Shown piece after piece: positions 1 through 10,743 of a stretch of 37,223 bases of DNA. The notes under the pieces are model-generated. The model did no database searches. It was not told the DNA's origin and worked only from the letters and a program-made list of their open reading frames with translations. The stretch comes from Chiloscyllium plagiosum (lineage: Eukaryota), in the NCBI RefSeq assembly GCF_004010195.1, contig NC_057719.1, positions 20,694,870 to 20,732,092 on the forward strand, written 5' to 3'. The position numbers were made by a program, and so were the translations under genes. How positions within the stretch are numbered: the first letter of the stretch is position 1; every line of letters starts with the position of its first letter.

Positions 1-600
1 AAGGCGGAAGATGAGGCATTCTTCCACCAGGCTTCGGGTGGTAAAGGTTTAGCGGTGGTGGAGACCCAGGAAGTGCATGTCCTTGTTGGATTCGGAGGGG
101 GAGTTAAAGTGTTTGGCCACGGGGCAGTGGGATTGTTTCGTGTGTGTGCCCTGGAGATGTTCTCTGAAACTTTCTGTAAGTAGGCGTCCTGTCTCCCCAA
201 TGTAGAGGAGACCACATCGGGAGCAACGGATACAGTAGATGATGTGTGAAAGTACAGGTAAACCTCTGATGGATGTGGAAGGCTCCTTTGGGGCCTTGGA
301 TGGTGGTAAGGGAGGAGGTGTGGGCACAGGTTTTGCCATTCTTGCGGTGGCAGGGGAAGGTGACAGAAGGGGAGGGTGGGTTGGTGGTAAGGGGGGAGGG
401 AGGGGGGTATGGACCTAACAAGGGAGTCGTGGAGGGAATAGTCTTTATGGAATGCAGGTAGGGGTTGGGAGGGAAATATATCCCTGGTGGTGGGGTCTGT
501 TTGTAGGTGGCAGAAATGGCGGAGGGTAATGCGATATATCCAGAGATTGGTGGGTTGGAACTTGAGGACCATGGGGGTTCTGTCCTTGTTGCGGTTGGAG
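1..600 (-). mobile_element. Penelope-like retroelement (family A), frameshifted GIY-YIG endonuclease region; continues beyond the window start
   Basis: ORFs 49..339 and 104..610 give TFPC..K.CAH and HIIYCIRCSRCGLLYIGETGRLL..FREH..PVAKHFN, the PLE GIY-YIG signature; closely similar to 17600-18172. Confidence 0.9.
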
Positions 601-1040
601 GGCTGCTCACTCCTGAAGAAAGCTAGCAAAAGCGAAACTCTCTTCATGTTCTTCTTCCAAGAGCGAAACAAATGAGACTGATGTCCAGGACGTCCAAATG
701 TCACAATCCTGTCCCTGTCACATCTTTTAACATGGGAATGCTGTTGCACATTAGCAGACACACGGCCCTTGATGGATGGTTGATCCAGTGACAAGGAAAC
801 CTTGTCAATAGCTGGAGATCTTCCTCCTGCTGCAGCCTTCATCCACCATCCTGGCTGTTGATATCACATGCATATCTTTTAACTGGATCATCATTGAGAA
901 CATGTCTGGTTCCTCCCCTCTGATCTTACCTTCATGATGGCCCGGCCAAGAGCTGAGACGTCCTGATGGTATCGCTGTTGGAATCAATAGAACGCTCAAG
1001 CCTCTCCACCACAGCAAGGTAGCAATTTAAGAAGGTGAGA
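601..1040 (-). mobile_element. Probable 5' end (leader plus start of AP endonuclease) of a decayed RTE-clade LINE
   Basis: Minus strand opens GCTACCTTGCTGTGGTGGAGAGGCTTG...AAGATCAGAGGGGAGGAACCAGAC, resembling RTE/Expander/BovB leaders from recall; LDVLDIS near 700-678 resembles endonuclease LDILGISE. Confidence 0.55.
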
Positions 1041-1399
1041 TATTATACTGAGTCCTTATTTACATCCTCAACTATAGATAGAGATTCTCAGGGCACCATT
1101 CAGTGGGGAGGAGGAATTTCAGTTTCAATGAAAATTTTAACACTCATTTCAACATTTTCATAATCAATCACATGGTCTTCAAATAAAACAACTGAAAGCT
1201 GCTGTTACCACCTGTTATTTCTCAGACTCCTTTCCTTGTGTCTTCTGTTACCTACTACTACCAAAAACTGCTTTGTATGATTTCTCTTGTCCTTTAATCA
1301 GTCCTGGCTCCCAGTTACTAATCCATATGTTTCATCAGTGACTAAAATGGAAAAGAAATTAATTGTCTGTATTTCCTGGGGATCACCACTTACCAGAAG

Positions 1400-2020
1400 C
1401 TGAATTGGACAAGCCATAGGAATAATGTGGCTGTAAGAGCAAATCAGAGGCGAGGAACGGTATGGCAAGCAACTTGCTTCCTGATCACCCAAAGCCTATC
1501 CAATATCTACAAGACACAAGTTGGAGTATGATGGAATATTCCCCACTTGTCTGGATGATTTCCACTTCAATCACACTCAAGATGCCTGACACCACCTGGG
1601 ACAATGCAACCTTCTTAATTGGCACCACAGCAAATAAACATTCAAATTCTTCACTACCAATGCATAATAACAGCAGTGTGTACCATTTATAAGATGCTCA
1701 GTAAGAATTCATGAAGGCTCCTTGAACAACACCTTATAAACGCACAACCACAACCATCTGGAAAGACAAGCAGATACATGGGAATACCACCATCTGAAAG
1801 TTCCCCTCCAAACCACTCAATTCCAAGTTTGGAAATATAAGGTCATTACTTCAATATCACTGGGTCAAAATCCTGGAACTTCCCTCCTAAGAGCATTGTG
1901 CATTCACCTGTACCAAATTGACTGCTACAATTCAAGAAGAAAGCTTAACACTATCTTTTGAAGGCCAATGTGGAATGGGTAATAAATGCTGGCCAAGCCA
2001 GCAATACCTACACCTTTTTG
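1400..2020 (+). mobile_element. Decayed CR1/L2-type LINE 3' end
   Basis: YKTQV.SMMEYSPLVW-like RT C-terminal motif at ~1508-1555; 3' tail GGGTAATAAATGCTGGCC matches the tails at ~33000 and ~28620. Confidence 0.7.
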
Positions 2021-2169
2021 ATATATTAAAAAATGAGACTTTAAGACCTCTAGCACTACTTATATACATATCCTCTTTCTCTATTACGTTTGACATTTCC
2101 TTTCATTATACCCATCCCAGACCCCACCACTTTCCCTACCTCATTTAAATTTATTTTATCTCTAACATT

Positions 2170-2273
2170 TTCTCTGATTTACAAGAGCTCATTGACCCGA
2201 AACGTTTACTCTGCTCTCTCCTCCACAGATGATTCCTGACTGACTGAGTATTTCCAGCATTTTCTGTTTTTAT
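2170..2273 (+). mobile_element. Old PLE pseudo-LTR fragment (family C) with decayed hammerhead motif
   Basis: ...GACCCGAAACGTT..CTCTGCTCTCTCCTCCACAGATG..CCTGAC..CTGAGTATTTCCAGCATTTTCTGTTTTTAT; related to the reverse complement of 27875-28005. Confidence 0.6.
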
Positions 2274-2372
2274 CATAACTCAGTTTTATTGGAAATCTGC
2301 ACTTAAATGATATCGCCAAACTCTTGTGCATGCACCAGGCAGTAAAAAATGAAGTAAGTCAGAATGACCTAC

Positions 2373-2427
2373 CTTTTCTGATTTAAAGTGTCAGCATTTT
2401 AATCAGAATATTCTATCTTTACGTCTT
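2373..2427 (-). other. Candidate 55-nt non-coding/5'UTR exon
   Basis: Minus strand TATTTTATATTTGTCTTATACAG acceptor and AAG|GTAGGT donor; all three frames contain stops; short uORF ATG CTG ACA CTT TAA. Confidence 0.4.
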
Positions 2428-3459
2428 CTGTATAAGACAAATATAAAATATTTATGGCATACAAAAAATCTGCTTGAAAAGATGTTTAATATGACAGACA
2501 TCAAGCCTGGTGAAAAGCACACTGATAAGCATGTTAAAAGCAGTGAGGACTCAGCACTGATACAATTTAAACTCAAGCAATATTTTCTATCTGCTGAAAA
2601 TGTACAACCTGTAGCTTTTGATTTGTTTTCGAAAGGTTAGAGCCATGTGTGGACTAGCAATAGATATTGTGTACTTGTCTAATTATCTTACTGCCTATAA
2701 AGAGATAACTCACAGTGGCATGCTGCACAATTTACATTTTATAGAAGTACAGGACCGTACAAGTTAGATTTTTTCAGAAGAATGCCTTATGAATATTTTT
2801 AATGAATAATTATTATGCTTGATCTTTTAAAGATTTTTGCAAAATTCTCTGCCGTTGAAACTGCAGAGTATTGAGCTGAGAAATAAAAATTACATTCATA
2901 TAGCACTTTACATGTCCTGAGAACCATCAGTGAAACACAAAAAAATTCATTCATTTCGGATGATATTAAACATTTGCTGATGTTAAGTTGGTATGTGCAT
3001 CAGTGAATTTGTTTAGGCCAGGTTCTCACATAAAACAGTGAGATAAGTTATGAGTTCATTTATTTTTTTGGCGGTATTTGTTGAACCTTTAATTTGCAAC
3101 AAGTTTTTTTTTAGTGAGGATATATAGCTCAAAGATGACCATGGATATAAGTTCAGTGGCTGTTTGGCAAAGCCCTGAGTGGAAGCATAGAATGTCACAC
3201 CTGAAGGTGCCAACAAGCCTACAAACAGCAACTTTTCAAAAAAATTAGTTCCAAACAAACTGGACTGTGAAGACCTGTGACTAACGTTTTTCAGCAGAGT
3301 GCCATCTTGTTTGTCCCAAACTGCAAAGATATCAGTGATTTATGCTTTCAAGAAATTGAATAAAAAGCTGTTTGAAATCAAACACAATCCCTGGTCTATA
3401 CGAGTGGGTCGATGTGTTAGTGTGGGGCTTGTGTTCCGTGAAGCTAATGGCAATGTCCT

Positions 3460-3960
3460 AAGTACCCCCGTGCTGCAAATATTACATGGATTGACTGTCG
3501 TTTATGCATTTTTGAGCAAAATAGAAGGATCTGCAAATATAATTCTGCAGATACAAATTCATCTCATAAACTTATATGTGCGCATGTAAGAGAGACGGAG
3601 TGATTGTGCGCATGTGGGTGTGAATGTATGTGAGAGAGTGTGTGTTTGCATGTGTGTAAGCTTGGTAAACTGTGCGTGTGAGTGTGATGGGTATAGGCCT
3701 GTGAGAGGAGTGCATGCATGGGTGTGAGGGTGGGAGTGTATGTATGTGTGTATGAGAAAGAGCTTGTGTTTGAGAGAGTGTCTGCATGTGTGTGTGTGTG
3801 TGTGGAGTATACAGCACAATGGGGTCACCTGTAGTGTGACATGAACCCAAGATCCCAGTTGAGGCCATCCCCATGGGTACTGAACTTGGCTATCAGCCTC
3901 TGCTCGGCCACTTTGTATTCCTAGAGTCCCCCTTAGAGGACGGTTACCCAAAGGTCTGAG
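3460..3960 (-). mobile_element. PLE family B 3' end: end of GIY-YIG ORF plus CA-rich 3' region
   Basis: Minus strand encodes DLWVTVL*GGL..KVAEQRLIAKFSTHGDGLNWDLGFMSHYR*, followed by degenerate (CA)n at 3590-3805; same family as 20224-20784. Confidence 0.8.
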
Positions 3961-3962
3961 GC

Positions 3963-4085
3963 CTGTTGTGCGGTCCAGGCAGGGGTATTCCCTCCCAGTT
4001 GGAGAACACTTCAGCGGTCTGGGACGTTTGACGTCGGACCTTCAGGTGACCATCCTCCAAGGCGGACTTTGTGACAGGCAGCATC
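3963..4085 (+). mobile_element. PLE family B GIY-YIG fragment, inverted relative to 3460-3960
   Basis: Translates SRQGYSLPVGEHFSGLGRLTSDLQVTILQGGLCDRQH. Confidence 0.7.
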
Positions 4086-4127
4086 TGAGGAGCAGGAAAA
4101 TCAATGTTTCTTGATGAAGGGCTTTTA

Positions 4128-4375
4128 AGGTGAAAGGCAGGAGGTTTGGAGGAATTTGTTTTTCACCCAGATAGTGATGGGTTCTGGAATGCACTGGCTG
4201 GGAGAATAATTGTGAGAGTAACCTCAAAATCTTAAAAAGTACATGGATGATCACTGAAGTGTCAAAACATTAATGGTTATGTTTATTACAGGAAAGTGGG
4301 ATTGGTGTCAATTTAGAGTATTTTTGGTGGTACAGACTCAATGGGCCTTTTCTGTACTGTATGATTCTATGATTA
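4128..4375 (+). mobile_element. CR1-type LINE 3' end
   Basis: TTTTTCACCCAGA..GTG..GGTTCTGGAATGCACTG (FFTQRVV..WNAL-like) and ATGATTCTATGATT tail. Confidence 0.7.
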
Positions 4376-4409
4376 AAGGTACTCTGTTCATTTTGGGTGA
4401 ACTTCCATG

Positions 4410-5340
4410 CCCTGCCATTTCCCTGTGACCCCCATGTTGTTCCTATTTCCATAATCATCCAATCCCTCTTGAACACCTTGATTAAACTTGTCTCCACCAC
4501 ATTTTCAGGCAGTGCATTCCAAACCGAACCCATTTGCTGTGTGAAAATATTTTTTTTTCCTCACCATACATTTGCTTGTCTAGTGAACTACTTTTTAATT
4601 ATCCCCTCTGGTTCTTGATTCATTTGAAAGTGGGAATACCTCCTTACTATCTCCTCTGTCCAGACTCTTCATGATTTTGAAAACTTTCATCAAGACTTCC
4701 CTTAGACTTCTCCTCTCTAAGGAAAACAGTCTCAAAACCTCCAGTGCAGTCTCATAATTGAATTATGTTATCCATGGAACCATCCTGGTAAACCTCTTTT
4801 GCACTGTCTCCAATTCTAAGGTGTAAGGAAAGTCTTGATGAAAGTTTTCAAAATCATGAAGAGTCAGGACAGATAGTGAGAAGGAATTCCCACTTTTAAA
4901 TGAATCAAGAACCAGAGGGGATAATCAACAAGTGGTTTACTAGATATCTTGTGTAATTTGAGCAAGACCTCACTACTTATATACTCCATTCCCTTTGAAA
5001 TACAGGCCAGCACTCCATCAGCCTTCCTTACTACCCATCAAACTTGGATGCGAGCATTTTGTGATTCCTGCATTAGATGCCCAAAGTCCAAATTGCACTG
5101 TGCTACAGCTTTCTACAGTCTTTTTCCATTTAAATAGTATTCAGCTTTTCAATTCTTCCTCCAAAGTGCATAACCTCATATTTTGCCACATTATATTCCT
5201 TCTGCCAAGTTTGTTTCTATTCCCCTAACTTGTCGATATCCCTCTTTCTGTCATTGTCACTACCTGCCTTCTTACCAATTTTTTTGTCAATGACAAACTT
5301 GATGGTAATATACTCATCCAAGTCATTTCTATCCCTCCAC
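4410..5340 (-). mobile_element. Decayed CR1-type LINE with a short plus-strand CR1 fragment embedded at ~4820-4940
   Basis: ORF 4270..4533 contains VWNALPENVVETSLIKVFKRDW; similar to the other CR1 copies in the window. Confidence 0.65.
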
Positions 5341-6199
5341 ATTAACTCAATCTGCTGGTGGAACCTTTTACACATAGCAAAGCTAGCAATAGAAAGGGTT
5401 ACCTCTGGCCCAGGGATAACACTTTTGCTTCATACTTTCAAGTTTCATCCCAGAGACTTGAACATTAAATTTATGTTATACTTCAGTACTACACTGTTGG
5501 AGGTGCTGTCTCCATGAGTTAACTAATGGCCAAGAAGCCAATTAAAAGCTGAAGAGAGTTCTGTCCAAAGTTTTTGGTCTGAGTCCTTCCTCGACTTCAG
5601 GGATGCAAATCCTTAATTCTTTGCTGGATCAATTAATTTAAGCTGCTTGTTCAATCTTTTTATCAATGTGTGTTTTTCATACAAAACTGTTCATAAACTG
5701 AGACTTATTTGGTAAACATACTTGATGTATATAACCACTGTCAATTCCACCTGAAAAAATCATTTCTTTCAACATCTTTAAATGACAAAGAAAATATTTT
5801 AATTAGTCATCTCCTTCAATCAGAGCTCCACCATGATCATTCTCACATTGCACAGTTTAATTAGTATCAGATTTAGTATATTTAAAGATGTTCAGTTGCT
5901 ATGTTTTTGCCTCATTTAGATTCTACATGTGTTTTTCAATCTGTTACGACTGTTCTGCTATTATCACCATTCTACTTTGGTTATATTTTAATTGATCTAT
6001 ACCATGTATATACAACTTATTAAAATAAGTTAGGGCACAGACAGCAGGGGCATTATATTAATAAATATACATAGTATTTTACTGAAACTGAAAATACTGT
6101 CAGAGTTTTACCATACGGTTAATAGTATTTCTATATTTAAAAAGGCCTTGCAAGAATATACTAAATGATGGTAAGCATATATTCCATGCTTGATCAGTC

Positions 6200-6560
6200 T
6201 TACTTAAGTCATTTGAAGCAATCATGAAAAGTATTGATTTGGGAGTGAGGTAGATGTAGTATGTTTATATTTTCATAAACGTATGCTGTTATACTACATA
6301 GGAACCTTATGACTAAGGTCAGTGGATATGGAGCCAGGGAACGGGTATCATAATGGAACGACAAGAGGCTACAAAACAAACAATGGAAATCAATGTTAAG
6401 GACAACTACTCAGACTGGCAAAATGGAGAAGCATGGTGTTCTGTAAGGAACAGTGTTGGGACTACAACATTCACAGTTTAATTAACAATTTAACATGGGA
6501 ATTTGAAGAGCAATTTTTAATTTGCAGACACTATCAAACTGGAGAGATGTAGTTAATACA
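6200..6560 (+). mobile_element. Highly decayed CR1 RT fragment
   Basis: Remnants of VDVVCLYFHK (DF.KAFD), GV.*GTVLG and FADTIKLE (FADDTKL) motifs. Confidence 0.5.
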
Positions 6561-7279
6561 ATGGATGGCTTTGACAAAAGCCATACGTCTACGGAAATTA
6601 GATCTGACTTTAAAGATCCCTAGATTTGACACAAATCTACTTTATAAAAAATTGCTACAAGAAACTGTTATTCAACAGCAGCATATGTTCTGGATTACTG
6701 CAGGCAATGCCATAGAAGATCTGCTGTTAATAAACAAAACTGTTTTGTTTCTTTTTCAGGGGGAAATCTCATTGGACAGCATCGGATAGCTGAAAGGTAT
6801 TTCACAATGTGAAATTAATTATAACTTGGAGGCTTTGTGTCCACTCTTTTCTCCAATTTGTTTTTATTCCTTATCTTTTTGACATGAACAACAGTCTGCT
6901 TCCAGATTTGTATCAGTGTTACTCTGCTGAAAGAGCCTTATGAGGTAAACAACCTTCCTTGACTTTCCCTGTTTTTCACGGATAAAAAGAAGCGTAGCAG
7001 TTGGTATAGCTCAGGGAGATTTAGCTAGCATTGGGAACACAGGAGTACAGAAGATGCTAACGGGTGAATGGTGTCACATTATTCCATGGCCACCAGATGT
7101 TGCTCCTCTTAGAGTATCTCATCTCTAATAAAAATATAAAGAAACTTTAATTCTAGCAATATGTTTTTGCAAATTTATTGCATTTGGCCTATATTTACAT
7201 GTCTACCTTAACTTCATTCTATGCAGTAGGATCTTACTGAGACTTAATTTCTCTGGTCTTGTGTGGGACAATAAGCAGC

Positions 7280-7412
7280 AAGGAGAACGTGAGGACAGCA
7301 GATGCTGGAGATCAGAGTCGAAAGCTGTGGTGCTGGAAACGCACAGTAGGTCAGGCAGCATCCGAGGAGCAGGAGAATCAATGTTTTGGGCATAAGCCCT
7401 TCAGCAGGAATG
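7280..7412 (-). mobile_element. Solo PLE family A pseudo-LTR with mutated hammerhead core
   Basis: Matches the 10054-10170 arm; core reads CTGCTGA...AAAACATT; possible TSD AGCA(G/A)CAAG. Confidence 0.8.
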
Positions 7413-7569
7413 AGCAACAAGATTATGCCACGAATCCTAAACAATCACAATCTCTTCCCTCCATCCCTCTCCTTGGTAGGTCCTCATTAAATGTATTCTG
7501 CCAGGTCTCATTGGCCGGCCTTGGCTTGTTTTCTCACCTGGTAGTATCCATTCAACTGCTACTCTAGCA

Positions 7570-8490
7570 GGGCATATAGTCAGGAGGTGACATACATGCC
7601 CTATCCATCCTATTCATCCCTTTCTCATCATGTTCTGTTCCTGGTGCTGACCAGCCCTCTATAGTGCTTCTTCTTGCTGATGTTCTCTCTTCAAGTGATG
7701 CCTGGAATCACATATGGGCAATGCCATCAGCATCCAATTTATATCCTTTATGAATGATGCAAGATATCCAACTTAGAAGACACGTTCTCTGCCCTATCTT
7801 GTTGGATTGCAGTTGGTACTACAATAGACGTGCAGATTCATAACTTCATGGCCATATTGATGGTGTTGGATGCACAGACTGTGGAACTCCTAGAAGAATG
7901 AGGTCACTTTGCAAATTCTTTTCTGGATGCTGACCTGTACGTCATCCTTTCTGGAGTTGTTGCTTCTGAGGTAGAGGAGGTGAATAACATCCACAATGCT
8001 TTGTTGGTTGATTATGATGGGATTCCCTTGTTGTCATCATTGCCTTGCCCTTCTTACAATTTATTTACTTGTAGGACTGAAAGTCATGTTCAAAACTCAG
8101 CTTTCACCCAGCAAAGCAAGGTTTTTTTTTATTGCGCAAGTCTGTAAAAGTGAATTTTCTATGAATGCCCAAGGCTGTACTTTGCCTTCTTCTGTACACT
8201 GCCTTCTTCATGACAAAATCAATAACCAAGAGGAAGAGGAATGGGGAGAATATGCAGCATTCCATCCTTCTCTGGTACCCATGGCATCTGAGTCCATCTT
8301 GATGCAGCTGTTTTAAGATGTTAAAGTGTAAACAGTATAAAGCTTTAAAGATGTTAAAATACCCAACTGGGATACTGTCTTGTGATGTTCCAGAATGGCT
8401 GCCAATGGATGCTATTGAAACATTTCTGGAAATCAGTGAATGCAATGACATACTGGTACTGATGCTTTAGATTCTTATCAATTCTGTTCT
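7570..8490 (-). mobile_element. Decayed RTE-clade LINE, reverse transcriptase region
   Basis: Minus strand FTDFQKCFNSIH (FIDF.KAFDS.H) near 8440-8405 and CIFSPFLFLLVIDFVMK (GC.LSP.LF.LVID..MK) in ORF 8104..8451. Confidence 0.7.
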
Positions 8491-8789
8491 GTTGGACTTT
8501 GGCTCAATCTACAAACTTACTTTCTTCTATGTGTGAGCCAAGTCCTGCGTGTTCTTTTAAATGAAGCAATAGGAGAAGATATACGGTCTCACACTCTTAA
8601 TTTATTTTACACAGTAAGTGGACAAAGCATTCAGAGCTCTGGGTCTAAACCTCTTTGTCCCTGACAAACTACAAAAGTGTGCCAGTTCAAAAAGAAAGAC
8701 CTCGTTTTATCCCTGCCCCAGTCTTTTATACAATAAAAAACGTCATACATACAATAAAAAACGTCATATAAACACTGAGGTAGAATTAT

Positions 8790-9120
8790 CTTCTGATTGG
8801 GTGTTAATCTGACTCCATTCCCCGCCTCCTCGCATTCCTAGATGTCCGACCCCACGTGACCTTCTTTTGCCCGCGAAATGGAGCATCACGTGACCTCCTC
8901 GACCCACTTCCGAGGCGCGAAACGGGACATCACGTGATCGCCCGCCCTCTTCTGAGTGCGAGACGGGGACGCCACGTGACCGCTCCGCGCTCTTCCGGGT
9001 GTGAGACGGGGACATCACGTGACCGCCCCGCACTCTTCCGGGTGTGAGACGGGGACGCCACGTGACCGCCCCGCACTCTTCCGGGTGTGAGACGGGGACG
9101 TCACGTGACCACCCCCCCTG
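8790..9120. promoter_or_regulatory. CpG-rich candidate promoter, possibly bidirectional
   Basis: Only CpG-dense non-transposon stretch in the window; 7 CACGTG, several CCGCCC and CTTCCG motifs, CCAAT box (CTGATTGG) at ~8793; splice donors facing outward at 8515-8520 (-) and 9196 (+). Confidence 0.65.
8845..9115. repeat. ~43-bp minisatellite, about 6 units, consensus CACGTGACCGCCCCGCACTCTTCCGGGTGTGAGACGGGGACRY
   Basis: CACGTG at 8853, 8887, 8931, 8973, 9016, 9059, 9102; the last units are nearly identical. Confidence 0.95.
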
Positions 9121-9495
9121 CTTGGGTTACAGAGTCACCACAGGGTTTTGAGTGCTGAATCCATCCAGAGTCACAGCCAGCCTTCTGTTTTTAAAGTAAG
9201 GAATATATTTACAGTTCCTGTAAGGAATATATTTACTGTTCCTGTGCATAATGATCTGCTCACGACAGGATCTGCCCCCTCAGAAACCTACCTCGTCTTT
9301 ACAGCAGATAGTGTCTAATTCTGTGTTCAACCTGTTGAGGAGAAATAAAGTTCGGATTAAGACATTGGCAGCAGTATTATGTTCCTCTGCCTGTTGCACT
9401 CACCTTTGTTTACTTCCTTTGGCTGTTTGACAATTGATCTTCATATCTAGTAATTTGGAACACTCTTGGCTGTCCAGAACTTACAGAGTCTTCAA

Positions 9496-9565
9496 GTCAT
9501 AGAGTCATACAGCACAGAAACAGACCTTTGATCCAACTCATTCATGCTGATCAGATTTCCCAAAC
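9496..9565 (-). mobile_element. CR1/HER1-type 3' tail fragment
   Basis: GTCATAGAGTCATACAGCACAGAAACAGACC is the reverse complement of the tail at 16600-16640. Confidence 0.7.
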
Positions 9566-10053
9566 GCCATTAATATTTGTGACAAATTTCAATATTCTTT
9601 TGATACCTTGTCAATCTTAGTTGCCTTGTCATTCTTCAGGGTCTTGGTGAGCAGTTTTGGGCTCCATATCTAAAGGAGGATGTGTTGGCATTGGAAGGAA
9701 CTCAGATGACATTAACAAGAATGATCCCAGGTACAAAGGGCTTACAGTATGAGAAGAGGTTGAGGACTCTGGGTTTGTACTCGATAGTTTTCAGAAGAAT
9801 GAGGAGGGATCTGATTGAAACTTACAGAATACTGAGACACCTGGAGAGAGTGGATGTTGCAAAGATACTAAGAGAGGCCAGGACACAAGGGCATGATCTC
9901 AGAGTGAACGGACAACCCTTTAGAACTGAGATAAGGAGGAATTTCTTCAGCCAGTGAGTGGTGAATCTGTGGAATCATTGCCATTGAAGGCTGTGAAGGC
10001 CAAATCATTGAGTATATTTAAGATTGAGATAGATTGGTTCTTGATGAGTAAGG

Positions 10054-10273
10054 AGAAAGTGAGGTCTGCAGATGCTGGAGATCAGAGCTGAAAATGTGTT
10101 GCTGGTAAAGCACGCAGCATCCAAGGAACAGGAGAATCGACGTTTCGGGCATAAGCCCTTCATCAGGAATAAGCCCTTAATTCCTGATGAAGGGCTTATG
10201 CCCAAAACGTCGATTCTCCTGTTCCTTGGATGCTGCCTGACCTGCTGTGCTTTACCAGCAACACATTTTCAGC
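10054..10273. mobile_element. Palindromic (head-to-head) PLE family A pseudo-LTR insertion
   Basis: Inverted arms meet at ~10175; perfect 15-bp TSD TCTTGATGAGTAAGG at 10039-10053 and 10274-10288. Confidence 0.92.
10134..10170 (-). ncRNA. Minimal type I hammerhead ribozyme motif, core intact
   Basis: Minus strand AUUC-CUGAUGA-A-GGGC-UUAU-GCCC-GAAA-CG-UC-GAUUC. Confidence 0.75.
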
Positions 10274-10584
10274 TCTTGATGAGTAAGGCAATCAAGGGTT
10301 AAAGGAAGAAGGTAGGATAATGGGTTGATTGGTATATCAGCTATGATTGAATGGCAAAGAAGAATCAGTGGGCCAAATAGTCTAATTCTGTTTCTATATC
10401 ATATGATCTTATGGTCAATAGGTTGAAGCATATAATGTTGAAACATAACTAGAGTTAGTTCTTTTTTAAAAAGTGTAGTTCTTTCCCTTTTACTGAGATT
10501 CTAGTTTCACTCAGATTATATTGCAAGTGTGTTCAATATTTCAACAGTAATGGCACAAAAGTACTCGATTAGCAGTCAAGAGTT

Positions 10585-10743
10585 TCAAGATTAGAGTGGT
10601 GCTGGAAAAGCACGGCAGGTCAGGCAGCATCCAGGGAGCAGGATTTTCCTGCTCCTCGGCTGCTGCCTGACCTGCTGTGCTTTTCCAACACCACGCTAAT
10701 CTTGACTCTGATCTCCAGTATCTGCAGTCCTCACTTTCGCCTC
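10585..10743. mobile_element. Short palindromic PLE family A insertion lacking the hammerhead core
   Basis: Inverted arms meet at ~10643; TSD GT(C/T)AAGAGTT at 10575-10584 and 10744-10753. Confidence 0.85.

Larger units (their letters stand above)
9640..10415 (+). mobile_element. CR1-type LINE 3' fragment, interrupted by a PLE palindrome
   Basis: ORF 9682..9957 TRMIPGTKGLQYEKRLRTLGLYS...RRDLIETYRIL...RRNFFSQ. Confidence 0.9.

Noticed and set aside
611..642. CTGAAGA-AA-GCT..AGC-GAAA-CTC hammerhead-like string
   Set aside because: Extra base before a 3-bp stem II, no helix III palindrome and no clear stem I; it lies in a probable RTE remnant, so likely chance
6760..6796. Possible 37-nt plus-strand exon (GNLIGQHRIAE)
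   Set aside because: Good acceptor but modest donor, no partner exons, and the peptide is not recognised
8764..9047. ORFs over the CpG island
   Set aside because: GC-rich tandem repeat with a period not divisible by three; no protein resemblance
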